This document shows positions 47,326 to 55,870 of a stretch of 64,000 nucleotides of DNA, piece after piece. Both the position numbers and the translations under genes were made by a program. Numbering within the stretch: the first letter of the stretch is position 1; every line of letters starts with the position of its first letter. The notes beneath the pieces were generated by a model. It made no database searches. It saw nothing but the letters and a program-made list of their open reading frames with translations, and had not been told where the DNA came from. The DNA is from a virus, in IMG/VR virus record IMGVR_UViG_3300029892_000001; one strand, 5' to 3'.

Positions 47326-47564
47326 TTATCCTCTAGCTCTTCATCAGCCTCAGCCAGCCCCTGTGTTCGGTCCAACTCATGCTTTTGGTGCTTTTTCTGC
47401 TTAAGAGCTGGACCGCCCATTGTCTCGGTCAGAATACCGGGGTAATGGTGGGGAGAAACCGAGATTTCTTCGTTCAGAAGGTTCTGAACGTCCTTCAGTC
47501 GAATAGCTAAACGAAGAAGACGGCTGACCTGGTTGGTCACTCGTCGCCGACCGTCCCGCTCCAT
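47322..47564 (-). CDS. Small hypothetical protein
   Basis: 80 aa; SRLLRLAIRL motif. Confidence 0.45.
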   Translation of the reverse strand: MERDGRRRVTNQVSRLLRLAIRLKDVQNLLNEEISVSPHHYPGILTETMGGPALKQKKHQKHELDRTQGLAEADEELEDK

Positions 47565-48361
47565 CCGGTGTCCTTCGACATCGACTCTTCATCCCGATTC
47601 ATACGCTTCGTAAGCTTGCGCGCGAAATCCGGATTTCCAACAGCGCGGGCCCAGTAATCTTCAAGGAGGCTCTTGTCGTCACCAACAGCAGAGGTGGAAC
47701 GCTCTACAACGTTGAAGACTGACTCCTTCGGAACGGTGTAGCTCTTTCCGTTTGCAGAAACGGTGACCTCAGTCTCTCGAAGAGAGGTGATCTTTCCTAC
47801 CATGGGCATCGTACCATCGTAGAAACGAACGGTGTCACCGTCAGTGAGCATGGGTGCTGCCTGTCGGACCCGGGAGAACGTCGCGTGCTTACGGCTTGCG
47901 CGCTCCATACGAGCCTGGACGATGTCAGCGATGTTCTCATCCGTACGGCGGATTAGGTGCTTCTGCACACCGTTGTCGACCACCTGCCAAATATGGCCGG
48001 TTGCCTCGTCGAAATAACCATTTCCAGCTACACGACGCATGACCGTTGCATCGGTAACAGGGCGGGTATCAACATTCATGGTCAGACACACGCTAATTGC
48101 GCTATCTGCCTCATGAAGTTGGGCGGTCTGGGTCTGTGCCACAACCTTGTTGTGGAAAGTTGCAGATACAAAGCGCTCAAGCTGAGAAAGCGTCGGAGGT
48201 GTTCCTACATGACGCTCAAATGCGATGAGGACGTTGCACTTTAGAGGATCGATTGGACGCATGTCCACGATCTGCATATCCGACCGCGGGGGAAGGTTTT
48301 GCTCTGCGACCTTTTCTCCGAGGCGGTCGAGAAGCTTTCCATGAATGCCAAGAGTACGCAT
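47537..48361 (-). CDS. Hypothetical protein, about 274 aa
   Basis: Start moved to ATG 48361 with SD AGGAG. Confidence 0.65.
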   Translation of the reverse strand: MRTLGIHGKLLDRLGEKVAEQNLPPRSDMQIVDMRPIDPLKCNVLIAFERHVGTPPTLSQLERFVSATFHNKVVAQTQTAQLHEADSAISVCLTMNVDTRPVTDATVMRRVAGNGYFDEATGHIWQVVDNGVQKHLIRRTDENIADIVQARMERASRKHATFSRVRQAAPMLTDGDTVRFYDGTMPMVGKITSLRETEVTVSANGKSYTVPKESVFNVVERSTSAVGDDKSLLEDYWARAVGNPDFARKLTKRMNRDEESMSKDTGWSGTVGDE

Positions 48362-48445
48362 TTCTTTTTCTCTCCTAGGAGGGCGTTGACTGCCCGTTGG
48401 AACCAATGCACGTGTAGATAAGTGGGTTTGCCCCTTCTCTAAAAC

Positions 48446-49300
48446 TCAAATAGTGTCGATGGCTTCTTGAACCTCTTCCAAGATGTTCTGGAGGTCTATG
48501 GTGGCAGTGCCATATCGACTCTCCATTTCCGCTAATACTGGTGCGAGAACGTCTGAGAATTTGCTGAGCCATTCGGGGCGGGAGCCGGTGCGCCTAACTA
48601 AAGCCTTGCTTCTGGTCTTGACGCGCTGTGTTGTGGAATAGATTTCCTCCGCATCCAGATTTAGAAGGCGTTTAAGGGCATCTCCTAGCACTTGCCTGTT
48701 CATCCCAAGGGCCTGTTCCAGGCCTCCCAAGGTAGAATAACGCTTAACTGCCCATTCGGTGATTGTTTTGATATCTGTGCGGCATTCCATCTCGGCCGCT
48801 ACAAACTGGTGAGGGTGGTTGTCCGCGCATTTTTGTGAGCAGTAGCAGATTTTCTGCTTCTTTTTGGCCATTCGAAATTCGACAGAGGTTTTCTTGTGCT
48901 TGCCAGTCAGGGGCATTTCACAGGCATAACATACGTCCATGTCGGGCAACGTAGTGAATTTGGGTTCGATGTCGGTATGATTTGAAACCCGAAGCGTTCC
49001 ATTCCTCATGGCGGTCGTGGCGCGAGCTAGGTCCCTGGAGACCCGTGACGCCGGCACGTTTTTCAACATGCTGATGTCGATCGCCTTCAGCAGTTCCACG
49101 TCTTGCTTTGCCATGTAGACAAGGATGCAATTATTGACGTTGGGGTACGTCGTATGGAAGACGCACTCATTCAGGCTGCAGTCGACGATGATAGGTTCAC
49201 CGTGAACGTGGCACCTGATAGCGTTCTCAGCAGAACGACCTCCGGGGATCACACGCAGGTGAGGCTTCTTAGAGTCGGTTTTGGGCATGGTGATGGTCAT
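48446..49300 (-). CDS. Cys-rich protein with HTH-like segments; possible transcription regulator
   Basis: C..H, CxxxxC, CYAC, CSQKC clusters; first gene of the leftward block. Confidence 0.5.
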   Translation of the reverse strand: MTITMPKTDSKKPHLRVIPGGRSAENAIRCHVHGEPIIVDCSLNECVFHTTYPNVNNCILVYMAKQDVELLKAIDISMLKNVPASRVSRDLARATTAMRNGTLRVSNHTDIEPKFTTLPDMDVCYACEMPLTGKHKKTSVEFRMAKKKQKICYCSQKCADNHPHQFVAAEMECRTDIKTITEWAVKRYSTLGGLEQALGMNRQVLGDALKRLLNLDAEEIYSTTQRVKTRSKALVRRTGSRPEWLSKFSDVLAPVLAEMESRYGTATIDLQNILEEVQEAIDTI

Positions 49301-49681
49301 TATAGCCTTAGGTTAGTAACATAACAGCCTGAGAACGACGAAGATCGTTGTCGTTCCGCGGACTTGTACGATTTTACAGAAGGAAGTCTCCAGTTCCTGA
49401 TCTCAAACTGTAAACCATTAATCACTTCGTTCTTCCTGGTTGGGCCTTCGGCCCCGGGGTACTCTTAAAGGAGTATTTACTAATCATTAGACGCTGGCCT
49501 CGAAGCGGGGTGCGGGGGATCTCAGCACTAGAGAACTGGTTATTCTCCTGACTCACTAGCTCTTTCTACTAGAGACTCTCCACAGCTGCTTCCCCGCCTA
49601 GAAAAATGACCGTCGAATCAGAGTTTGTTCGAGCTGCAATGTAATGTAGCTAGGTGGCTTGAACAAGGAGAGCACTCGTAT

Positions 49682-49966
49682 ATGGGTAGAAAGAAAGTGA
49701 AGCCCTCGGTGTACCTCACCGAGCAAAGTACCTCGCAGCTCAGGGAAGTCGTGGCGTATCTTGAAGACCGTGTCTCTGAGATGGAGATCGATGAGGAATT
49801 CATGGAAGAAAGTGGAGAGAACTTGCTTCCCTTGCTTAGGGGCTTGGTTTCTTTCCTCAAGGAAGAGCATCTAGAAGAAGACGAGAGTGACGTAGAGGTC
49901 TATGACGACGAAGTCGTGGACGACGACTACCCGGAGGATGATGAAGATGGAGAACTCGAATTTTGA
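49682..49966 (+). CDS. Small acidic hypothetical protein
   Basis: ATG 49682; Asp/Glu-rich tail. Confidence 0.55.
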   Translation: MGRKKVKPSVYLTEQSTSQLREVVAYLEDRVSEMEIDEEFMEESGENLLPLLRGLVSFLKEEHLEEDESDVEVYDDEVVDDDYPEDDEDGELEF

Positions 49967-50588
49967 TGAGACTGAGGGTGTTGAGGAGTCTCGTGCACTC
50001 CGCTTGGAATTAGAGGTTGACCAGGAAAACCTAGTCAATTTGCTAAAGGCCCTTACGGAAGCAGGAGTGGATTTCAAGCTAAAGAAGGTTGAGGAAGTTC
50101 AGGAGCCCCGGGAGCAACAGCCGCAGCCCTATGTGTATATCCCAACTCCTTTTTGGAGTACTCCGTACGTCGCTCCGTACCAATTCTATACGATTCCTAA
50201 CTCTGAATGGCCTAATGGTCCGTCTTCGGTCACAGTAGGTGAGGGATCTACCACAGGAGGAACGACTACCGATAAGGTAACGATCGCCCCAGAGGGCGTG
50301 CGAGTGCCGTGGAGTTACACCTGTGGAGACATTGGAGGGCAAAGCCCCGAGGACGTGGAACTATCGCTCTTGAAGTTCCAGACATTTTCTGAGGATTTGC
50401 TCTATGGAATTGGCCTCCCTACTGACGAGGCTGAGGAAATTGCTTTGCGCCTACGTGATGCCAAGGAGCTACAAGGCACCGGCCTGTCGGCGAAGGAAGA
50501 GGAAGACCTCATTGTGAGCCGAGCAAAGCGTCGTAATAAGGGCTGGAAACAAAACAAGAGCGAGAAGCGAGCCAAGAAAGTCGCTTAA
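49947..50588 (+). CDS. Hypothetical protein
   Basis: GGAGG SD 9 nt before ATG 49947. Confidence 0.55.
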   Translation: MENSNFDETEGVEESRALRLELEVDQENLVNLLKALTEAGVDFKLKKVEEVQEPREQQPQPYVYIPTPFWSTPYVAPYQFYTIPNSEWPNGPSSVTVGEGSTTGGTTTDKVTIAPEGVRVPWSYTCGDIGGQSPEDVELSLLKFQTFSEDLLYGIGLPTDEAEEIALRLRDAKELQGTGLSAKEEEDLIVSRAKRRNKGWKQNKSEKRAKKVA

Positions 50589-50614
50589 CTCGAACCCTGC
50601 TGATGATAGGAAAC

Positions 50615-50647
50615 GAACGGCCATCTAAAAGGTGGCCGTTCTCTTTT
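50615..50647 (+). terminator. Intrinsic terminator
   Basis: GAACGGCCATC-TAAAA-GGTGGCCGTTC followed by TCTTTT. Confidence 0.7.
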
Positions 50648-50660
50648 GAAGGAGTCTGAG

Positions 50661-51620
50661 ATGATTACGAACCTTGAGGGGCTTACTACGTACTTGGTCG
50701 CCTGGATGCAAGACCAGGCAAAGCAGTCTGGCACGAAGAATGGCTGCGTTGGGCTTTCCGGAGGAATCGACAGCGCTGTAGTGTTCGCTTTGTGCTGTCG
50801 GGCTTTTCCGAAGACGGTGGCTGTTATGATGCCCTGCCATAGCCGTCCTGAGTCTTTGGAGAGAGCAAGAGAGGTGGTTCGTTCGCAGTCTGTTCGCGGA
50901 ACCATTCATTGCTTCACCGTCGACCTCGCGTACGCGTTCAGCGCGATTGTCGATCAGCTTGCGCATCAGGAGGGTGCCTTCCGCAAGCTCCTGGGCCTTC
51001 ATGACATGGAAGATCCCGACCACAAGAAATTCTGCGAAGGCTCGCTCAGATCTTGTTTGCGTACTCCGGTGTTGGACTACGTCAGCAAGTGCCACGACGC
51101 TCTCATCTACGGAACTGGAAACCGGGATGAGGATGAGATCTTCCGGTACTACAACAAGCGTGGGGATGGAGCTGTGGACAACAACCCCATCGTAGGGCTT
51201 CACAAGTCGGAAGTTCGACAGCTTGCCGCGTACCTGGGCCTTCCCCAGTCCGTCATCGACGCGACGCCCACAGCAGATTTGTGGGGTTCCGGGGCCGAGC
51301 AGACGGACGAGGGTGAGCTTGGGATCACTTACGAAGAGATCGAATGGGTTACTCGTATGAACTATAAGCTAAACATCCTTTATGAACGCGGTAATTTCGA
51401 GTCGGATCCTGACGGTTACCTTCGTGCATGGGAGTGGGCTGAAGACGGCGAAACACGTCTTAGTGGGATGGATGGCTTCAGGAAGCGTTACGACGGCAAA
51501 TTCACTGAACGTCAATTCGAAATCATCGAGAAAGCCTTCCACATGGAAAAGGCTTCTAGGCACAAGGTGCTACCACCGCCAGGACCCACGCGCGACGAGA
51601 TCAACTTCTTCGTCCTCTAA
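50661..51620 (+). CDS. nadE: NH3-dependent NAD+ synthetase
   Basis: VGLSGGIDSA PP-loop, GTGNRDE, YYNKRGDGAVD, PTADLW, DEGELG, HK; start ATG 50661 with SD GGAG. Confidence 0.93.
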   Translation: MITNLEGLTTYLVAWMQDQAKQSGTKNGCVGLSGGIDSAVVFALCCRAFPKTVAVMMPCHSRPESLERAREVVRSQSVRGTIHCFTVDLAYAFSAIVDQLAHQEGAFRKLLGLHDMEDPDHKKFCEGSLRSCLRTPVLDYVSKCHDALIYGTGNRDEDEIFRYYNKRGDGAVDNNPIVGLHKSEVRQLAAYLGLPQSVIDATPTADLWGSGAEQTDEGELGITYEEIEWVTRMNYKLNILYERGNFESDPDGYLRAWEWAEDGETRLSGMDGFRKRYDGKFTERQFEIIEKAFHMEKASRHKVLPPPGPTRDEINFFVL

Positions 51621-51621
51621 C

Positions 51622-51660
51622 TGAAAAGGCCTGGTTGGGATCGCCAACCAGGCCTTTTCA
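51622..51660. terminator. Bidirectional intrinsic terminator between convergent nadE and hsp20
   Basis: TGAAAAGGCCTGGTTGG-GATCG-CCAACCAGGCCTTTTCA, perfect 17-bp stem. Confidence 0.9.
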
Positions 51661-52014
51661 GTTCGGCTTGACTAGTATTTTTCGTGTCCCTGGCGGTTCC
51701 TGTTTCGGCAGTGTGAGAGTCAGGATGCCGTCAGTGAGAGACGCCTCGATGGCGTCTGTGTTGATCGTATCCGGCAACCGGTAGGCTCGCTTAACCTTTC
51801 GAGTACGAGGGCCGTTTTTCCTCTCTGCATTGATCAAAAGCATGCCTTTTTGTACGTCAATGGTGACGTCTTCGGCCCTCATCCCAGGCATCTCTACTTC
51901 AATAGTGAACGACGACTCGTTGTCTGTAACGTAGTCGTCGTTCACCGGTGTATCGAAGACTGGGCGGTTAAACAAGTTCCGAGAAATCCACGGGTCCCAT
52001 AGCGCAAGTGACAT
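51658..52014 (-). CDS. Small heat-shock protein (Hsp20/alpha-crystallin)
   Basis: EMPGMRAEDVTI, RAYRLP..I, ASLTDGILTLTLPK; start ATG 52014 with SD GGAGG. Confidence 0.92.
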   Translation of the reverse strand: MSLALWDPWISRNLFNRPVFDTPVNDDYVTDNESSFTIEVEMPGMRAEDVTIDVQKGMLLINAERKNGPRTRKVKRAYRLPDTINTDAIEASLTDGILTLTLPKQEPPGTRKILVKPN

Positions 52015-52062
52015 GTTTCCTCCGCAGCTCGGGTGTTGCAAAAGCCGAGCGTTAGTGGCTCC

Positions 52063-52091
52063 ACACTAAACATCGTGTAAAACGACGTCAA
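52063..52091 (-). promoter_or_regulatory. Sigma70-type promoter for hsp20
   Basis: - strand TTGACG-17 nt-TAGTGT, about 50 nt upstream of the ATG. Confidence 0.7.
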
Positions 52092-52165
52092 GGGCTGAAA
52101 GTTAGTGAGCTGAAGAAAAACGTTATCTAAATGACGTAATCCCTAGCCCCACGGAGTTACTATCA

Positions 52166-52618
52166 ATGTCTATCGAAATCGTTTCTTCGCCCCGTAGTGG
52201 CGTCACAATATCATTGGCGAGCCACCACTTGTTCGCTGGCCACAGGTTTAGCATCACCTTCGACGCAATTCAGCAGAACTCTGTTGCTGAAGAATCTCTT
52301 GCTCGTGAAGTGCAGCGTGAGCAGTACCGAGGATTGCTACGTCCTAACGGTACAAGTTACAACGATTACGCAACTCGTGTACTCGTGAAAGAACTTGAGA
52401 AACGACAGGCGGAGCAGCGTCGCCTGGAGTGGCAGACTAGAGGCGCGACTCCCATGAAAGAACCAACTACGGTTGGTTGGCAAAAGGTTAGGTCGGCACT
52501 CAAGAAGTCTTTGGATGCAAAAATCGACGCTTTTGCTGAGCGAGTCTATTCATTTCTGTCCGACGTCGCTTCTTCGGAACAGGCTCCTAAAGAGGAGACG
52601 TCGGATCATGCTCGATGA
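52166..52618 (+). CDS. Hypothetical protein
   Basis: 150 aa; SD GGAG. Confidence 0.55.
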   Translation: MSIEIVSSPRSGVTISLASHHLFAGHRFSITFDAIQQNSVAEESLAREVQREQYRGLLRPNGTSYNDYATRVLVKELEKRQAEQRRLEWQTRGATPMKEPTTVGWQKVRSALKKSLDAKIDAFAERVYSFLSDVASSEQAPKEETSDHAR

Positions 52619-52725
52619 GTTGAACCCGACGCCACTTAGCTGATGCGATACGAATTGGAGAGCGGATCGCGTCAGTGCTAGACTGACATAGTCTTCCAGA
52701 GTTTTTCTTTTATTTGGCTGCAGTG

Positions 52726-53064
52726 ATGGCGGACGACGCGCCTGTATATGATTTCATTTGTCTCTGTTGCGGAGGACGCAATGGAGAGCGGAAGCCTTCG
52801 TGCTCGTTCCTTAGGTATGTTGAGGAAGAGGGCGATACGGACTCTGACGAGTTTCGTCTAAAGCTTGCTGAGTGGCTCTCTAGCGACGACTACAAGGGCT
52901 CTCTGCTTGTTCCAGCCGATCACCCCTTATCGGAGGATTACAGGAAACGAATTATCGAGATGACCGAGTCGTTTAGGCGCTCGCGAACCGGAATCCTGCT
53001 GTTTGGGCTGCCTGGGATCGAACTCCCTGCCCACACAGTCAATCTGTCGCAGTTCTTGAACTGA
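52726..53064 (+). CDS. Hypothetical protein with Cys cluster
   Basis: CLCC...C near the N-terminus. Confidence 0.45.
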   Translation: MADDAPVYDFICLCCGGRNGERKPSCSFLRYVEEEGDTDSDEFRLKLAEWLSSDDYKGSLLVPADHPLSEDYRKRIIEMTESFRRSRTGILLFGLPGIELPAHTVNLSQFLN

Positions 53065-53091
53065 AACCCGAAAATAATAGGTCATCCATTC

Positions 53092-54711
53092 ATGCCTGTA
53101 ATCGTTGTCAAGAATATTTCACAACAGAGCATTAGCCCTGGTGTCCCTCTCGGCATCCTAAGGCCCGGAAAAACACTCGTGAGGTCTATCAACGTTCGGG
53201 AGTTAGAGGCACTTTCTGACTCATTGAACAAGCTTCAGGAGAAACAGTTAATTCATTGGACTGTTCGTCAGAATCCAGAGGATGTTGGTGACACTGCCGA
53301 CTTTGCCATTGCTGCGTACAGCGCCACAAAAACGTTTGCCCGGATGGACATCTGGGTAGATGCCGTGAGGGGTTCGGACACCAATGACGGCCACTCGCCA
53401 AATGAGCCGCTCGCGACACTAATCGAAGCCGAAAGTAGAATTCCAGATTTCGTTGCACACCCTGTGGTCGTCCACGTAGCCCCTCACGCTGGGGCTGGCT
53501 ACGCTCCTCCGCATTTCCGGCCCAGAGTGCTGCGTAGTACAATTGACATCGTTGCTGATTCTGGCGGGACAAACAACGACGGTTTGAATGTTCTGTTCGG
53601 GCCCTCGACTGCGCAGACAGGTACGCTCCACACGAAGTGCGTAGCACCTGCAGGGTTGGGCGTCGATACGTATCGAGGCAAGACGATTGAGGTCTTGTCG
53701 GGCTTAGCGGCCACGTACCGTCGTACTATCAAAACAAACACAGACACCGACATCATCCCTGCTTGTTTGTGGGAGGGATCTACGATCGCTCCAGGCGACA
53801 GCTTTCGGATTGTTGAGCCCGTTACACAAATCAATCTCGATCAGACACCCCACCTAAACTACTGGGAAATAGAGGGCAGTCGAGGAGACGACGTGACCTA
53901 TGGGTTCAACGGGGATAGTAGAACCCGCCCAGGAATTCAGTTTGTCAATTTCAAGTTCGTTCATAGCGGAGCCACAAAGCATATCCATTGCGGACGCAAT
54001 ACTCGGATATTCGGGTGCGAATTTGCTGCACCCGTAATTCTTACCGGCGGAAGCGTAGCGGTGGCGATCGATCAGATTTCCGGACCTCCACAAAATCAGA
54101 TCTATGAAGAGCTGGCAAATGTTGGTACCCGCCTTGCTGGAGTGCACCCTAAAGCTTGGGTCGGCTGGGGTCTTAGCGCGCAGGGCCTCACGATAAGCCT
54201 GACAAATAGTGTTTGGTTCTACGCGTTGGTCGCTTCTAGCATGTCGATATTTGACTCTGACGTAGAATTCCGGGGTGGAAATATCCACACTGGAGGTATC
54301 ACTGTTTTCGGCACGTTGAAGTCGTCCGTTGCTCGCATTGATGGCAAGCAGTACCTCCCAGACTTACAGTTGTACGTTCACAACGAGACAGGCGACGCGA
54401 TTCGAGCACTGGGGGTAGGTGCTCGCGTTTATCTAGTGGAGGCGTATGTTACGTCTACTACAGGTACTGGCGTACGCCTGGAAAAAGGCGCTCACGCGCA
54501 ACTATTTCAGGGTGTGAGTATTACTGCTGTGACCGGTGTAAAGGCAACAGAGGGATCTAGCGTTCAGGTTCGGTCTGCGGTAGGAATCAGTGCGTCTGGA
54601 AACCAGTTAGAGATTGGACCAGTCCCAACAGTAGCGGCTCTCGTTGACATCCCTAACAACGGGGATGCAATCGTAGCGTCAGATAACTCGATAATTCAAC
54701 GCACCACCTAA
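53092..54711 (+). CDS. Virion appendage / receptor-binding-like protein (N-terminal anchor, DUF1565-like motif, beta-helix-like C-terminus)
   Basis: VDAVRGSDTNDG...PLATL; paralogue of 55871-57499. Confidence 0.65.
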   Translation: MPVIVVKNISQQSISPGVPLGILRPGKTLVRSINVRELEALSDSLNKLQEKQLIHWTVRQNPEDVGDTADFAIAAYSATKTFARMDIWVDAVRGSDTNDGHSPNEPLATLIEAESRIPDFVAHPVVVHVAPHAGAGYAPPHFRPRVLRSTIDIVADSGGTNNDGLNVLFGPSTAQTGTLHTKCVAPAGLGVDTYRGKTIEVLSGLAATYRRTIKTNTDTDIIPACLWEGSTIAPGDSFRIVEPVTQINLDQTPHLNYWEIEGSRGDDVTYGFNGDSRTRPGIQFVNFKFVHSGATKHIHCGRNTRIFGCEFAAPVILTGGSVAVAIDQISGPPQNQIYEELANVGTRLAGVHPKAWVGWGLSAQGLTISLTNSVWFYALVASSMSIFDSDVEFRGGNIHTGGITVFGTLKSSVARIDGKQYLPDLQLYVHNETGDAIRALGVGARVYLVEAYVTSTTGTGVRLEKGAHAQLFQGVSITAVTGVKATEGSSVQVRSAVGISASGNQLEIGPVPTVAALVDIPNNGDAIVASDNSIIQRTT

Positions 54712-54727
54712 GCCGGAACAGAAGTAC

Positions 54728-55180
54728 ATGCCCAAGATGAAGCTACCTCTCAGAGTGGTCCCTGAGCCTTGGTCCGTGCTTTATGTGCAGCCCATGGAAG
54801 GAGCCTTGAAGAAGCAAGGACGTAAGTGCGCCAATTGCTTTATGTGGGCACGAGCCGAGGAAAGGTGTGCTATCCTGCCGAAAGATCTTAGCGTTCCTGG
54901 GAACGCTGTGTGCGGATATCACGTCACTGGACGCCCACTACGCTCACTTCAGGAACTTCCAAATCACGGTACTATTCAAGAAGTATCGCCCGAAACATCT
55001 GGTTTTGAGACGGACATCCCCTCTGAGGGGACAATGTGTGGGAACTGTGCCCACTTCACCCCGTCGAAAGCGAACTCCGATACCGGCTTTTGTGCTGTTG
55101 TCGCGAAACAGAACGATAACACACCAGTATACCGAGCTAAGGTTCAGTTCTACGGGTGTTGTACTCGTTGGGAAGGGTAA
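54728..55180 (+). CDS. Tandem HiPIP-like Cys4 domain protein
   Basis: CANC...C...CGYH and CGNC...C...GCCTRW. Confidence 0.55.
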   Translation: MPKMKLPLRVVPEPWSVLYVQPMEGALKKQGRKCANCFMWARAEERCAILPKDLSVPGNAVCGYHVTGRPLRSLQELPNHGTIQEVSPETSGFETDIPSEGTMCGNCAHFTPSKANSDTGFCAVVAKQNDNTPVYRAKVQFYGCCTRWEG

Positions 55181-55181
55181 A

Positions 55182-55869
55182 ATGGAAAACGTAATTGTGG
55201 AGATCCGTGCTGGAGAGGGCGGAGACGATGCGAAGGCCTTGGTTCATGAGCAGTTTGGAATTTACGCCAAGCTGATGGACCGGAGGGGACTTTGAGTGTA
55301 CCCTCATTGAGGAACGCCCTGGATTTCTGAGTTTTCAGGCGAGTGGAAAGGGAGCAAAGAAGACATTTGAGTTGGAGGCGGGAGGCCATCGTTGGCAACG
55401 AATCCCGCCGAACGAGAAGCGCGGACGAGTCCAAACTTCAACGGTAACCGTAGCTGTGCTAGAGGAGCCCTCAGAGACTACACTCCACATCGAGGAGCGG
55501 GACATTGAGTGGACAACCTGCCGAGGTTCTGGCGCTGGCGGACAGCACAGAAATCGAACGGAATCGGCAGTTCAGATGACGCACATCCCTACTGGCGTAC
55601 GTGTTCGAGTTGAGAACGAGCGCAGTCAGCACCAGAACCGGGATTTAGCGTATCGTTTGCTTCGGGCTCGCATCCACGAGATGCAAGTCGCGAAGAAGGC
55701 ACAGGAGCGCGGCGCAAAGCGTCGTGAGCAGATCGGCTCTGGAATGAGAGGCGATAAGATCAGAACTATTCGTCAGCAAGACGGACAAGTAACTGATCAT
55801 CGTACGGACCGCAAAATAAGGTACAAGGACTATATCAGAGGTAATTGGGATGGTCTCTTGCCCACCTAA
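55182..55869 (+). CDS. Class I peptide release factor homologue (RF1-like, lacks domain 1), expressed by +1 frameshift at 55290-55295; about 228 aa
   Basis: ORF1 MENVIVEIRAGEGGDDA...RRGL-stop; +1 frame continues ECTLIEE...GGHRWQRIPPNEKRGRVQTS...GAGGQH...IRT. Confidence 0.88.
55282..55296 (+). promoter_or_regulatory. prfB-type programmed +1 frameshift cassette
   Basis: GGAGG-GGA-CTT-TGA-G: internal SD, 3-nt spacer, slippery CTT, in-frame TGA. Confidence 0.85.
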
Positions 55870-55870
55870 A

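Noticed and set aside
15274-48244. The many + strand ORFs in the track overlapping the leftward genes (and - strand ORFs in 1-14595)
   Set aside because: Antisense shadows of long genes, with no SD, motifs or operon coupling
55182-55869. Calling the release factor prfB (or prfA/prfH)
   Set aside because: No SPF motif, no domain 1, frameshift at a different site; PPN is not PxT and no adjacent rtcB, so no symbol was assigned
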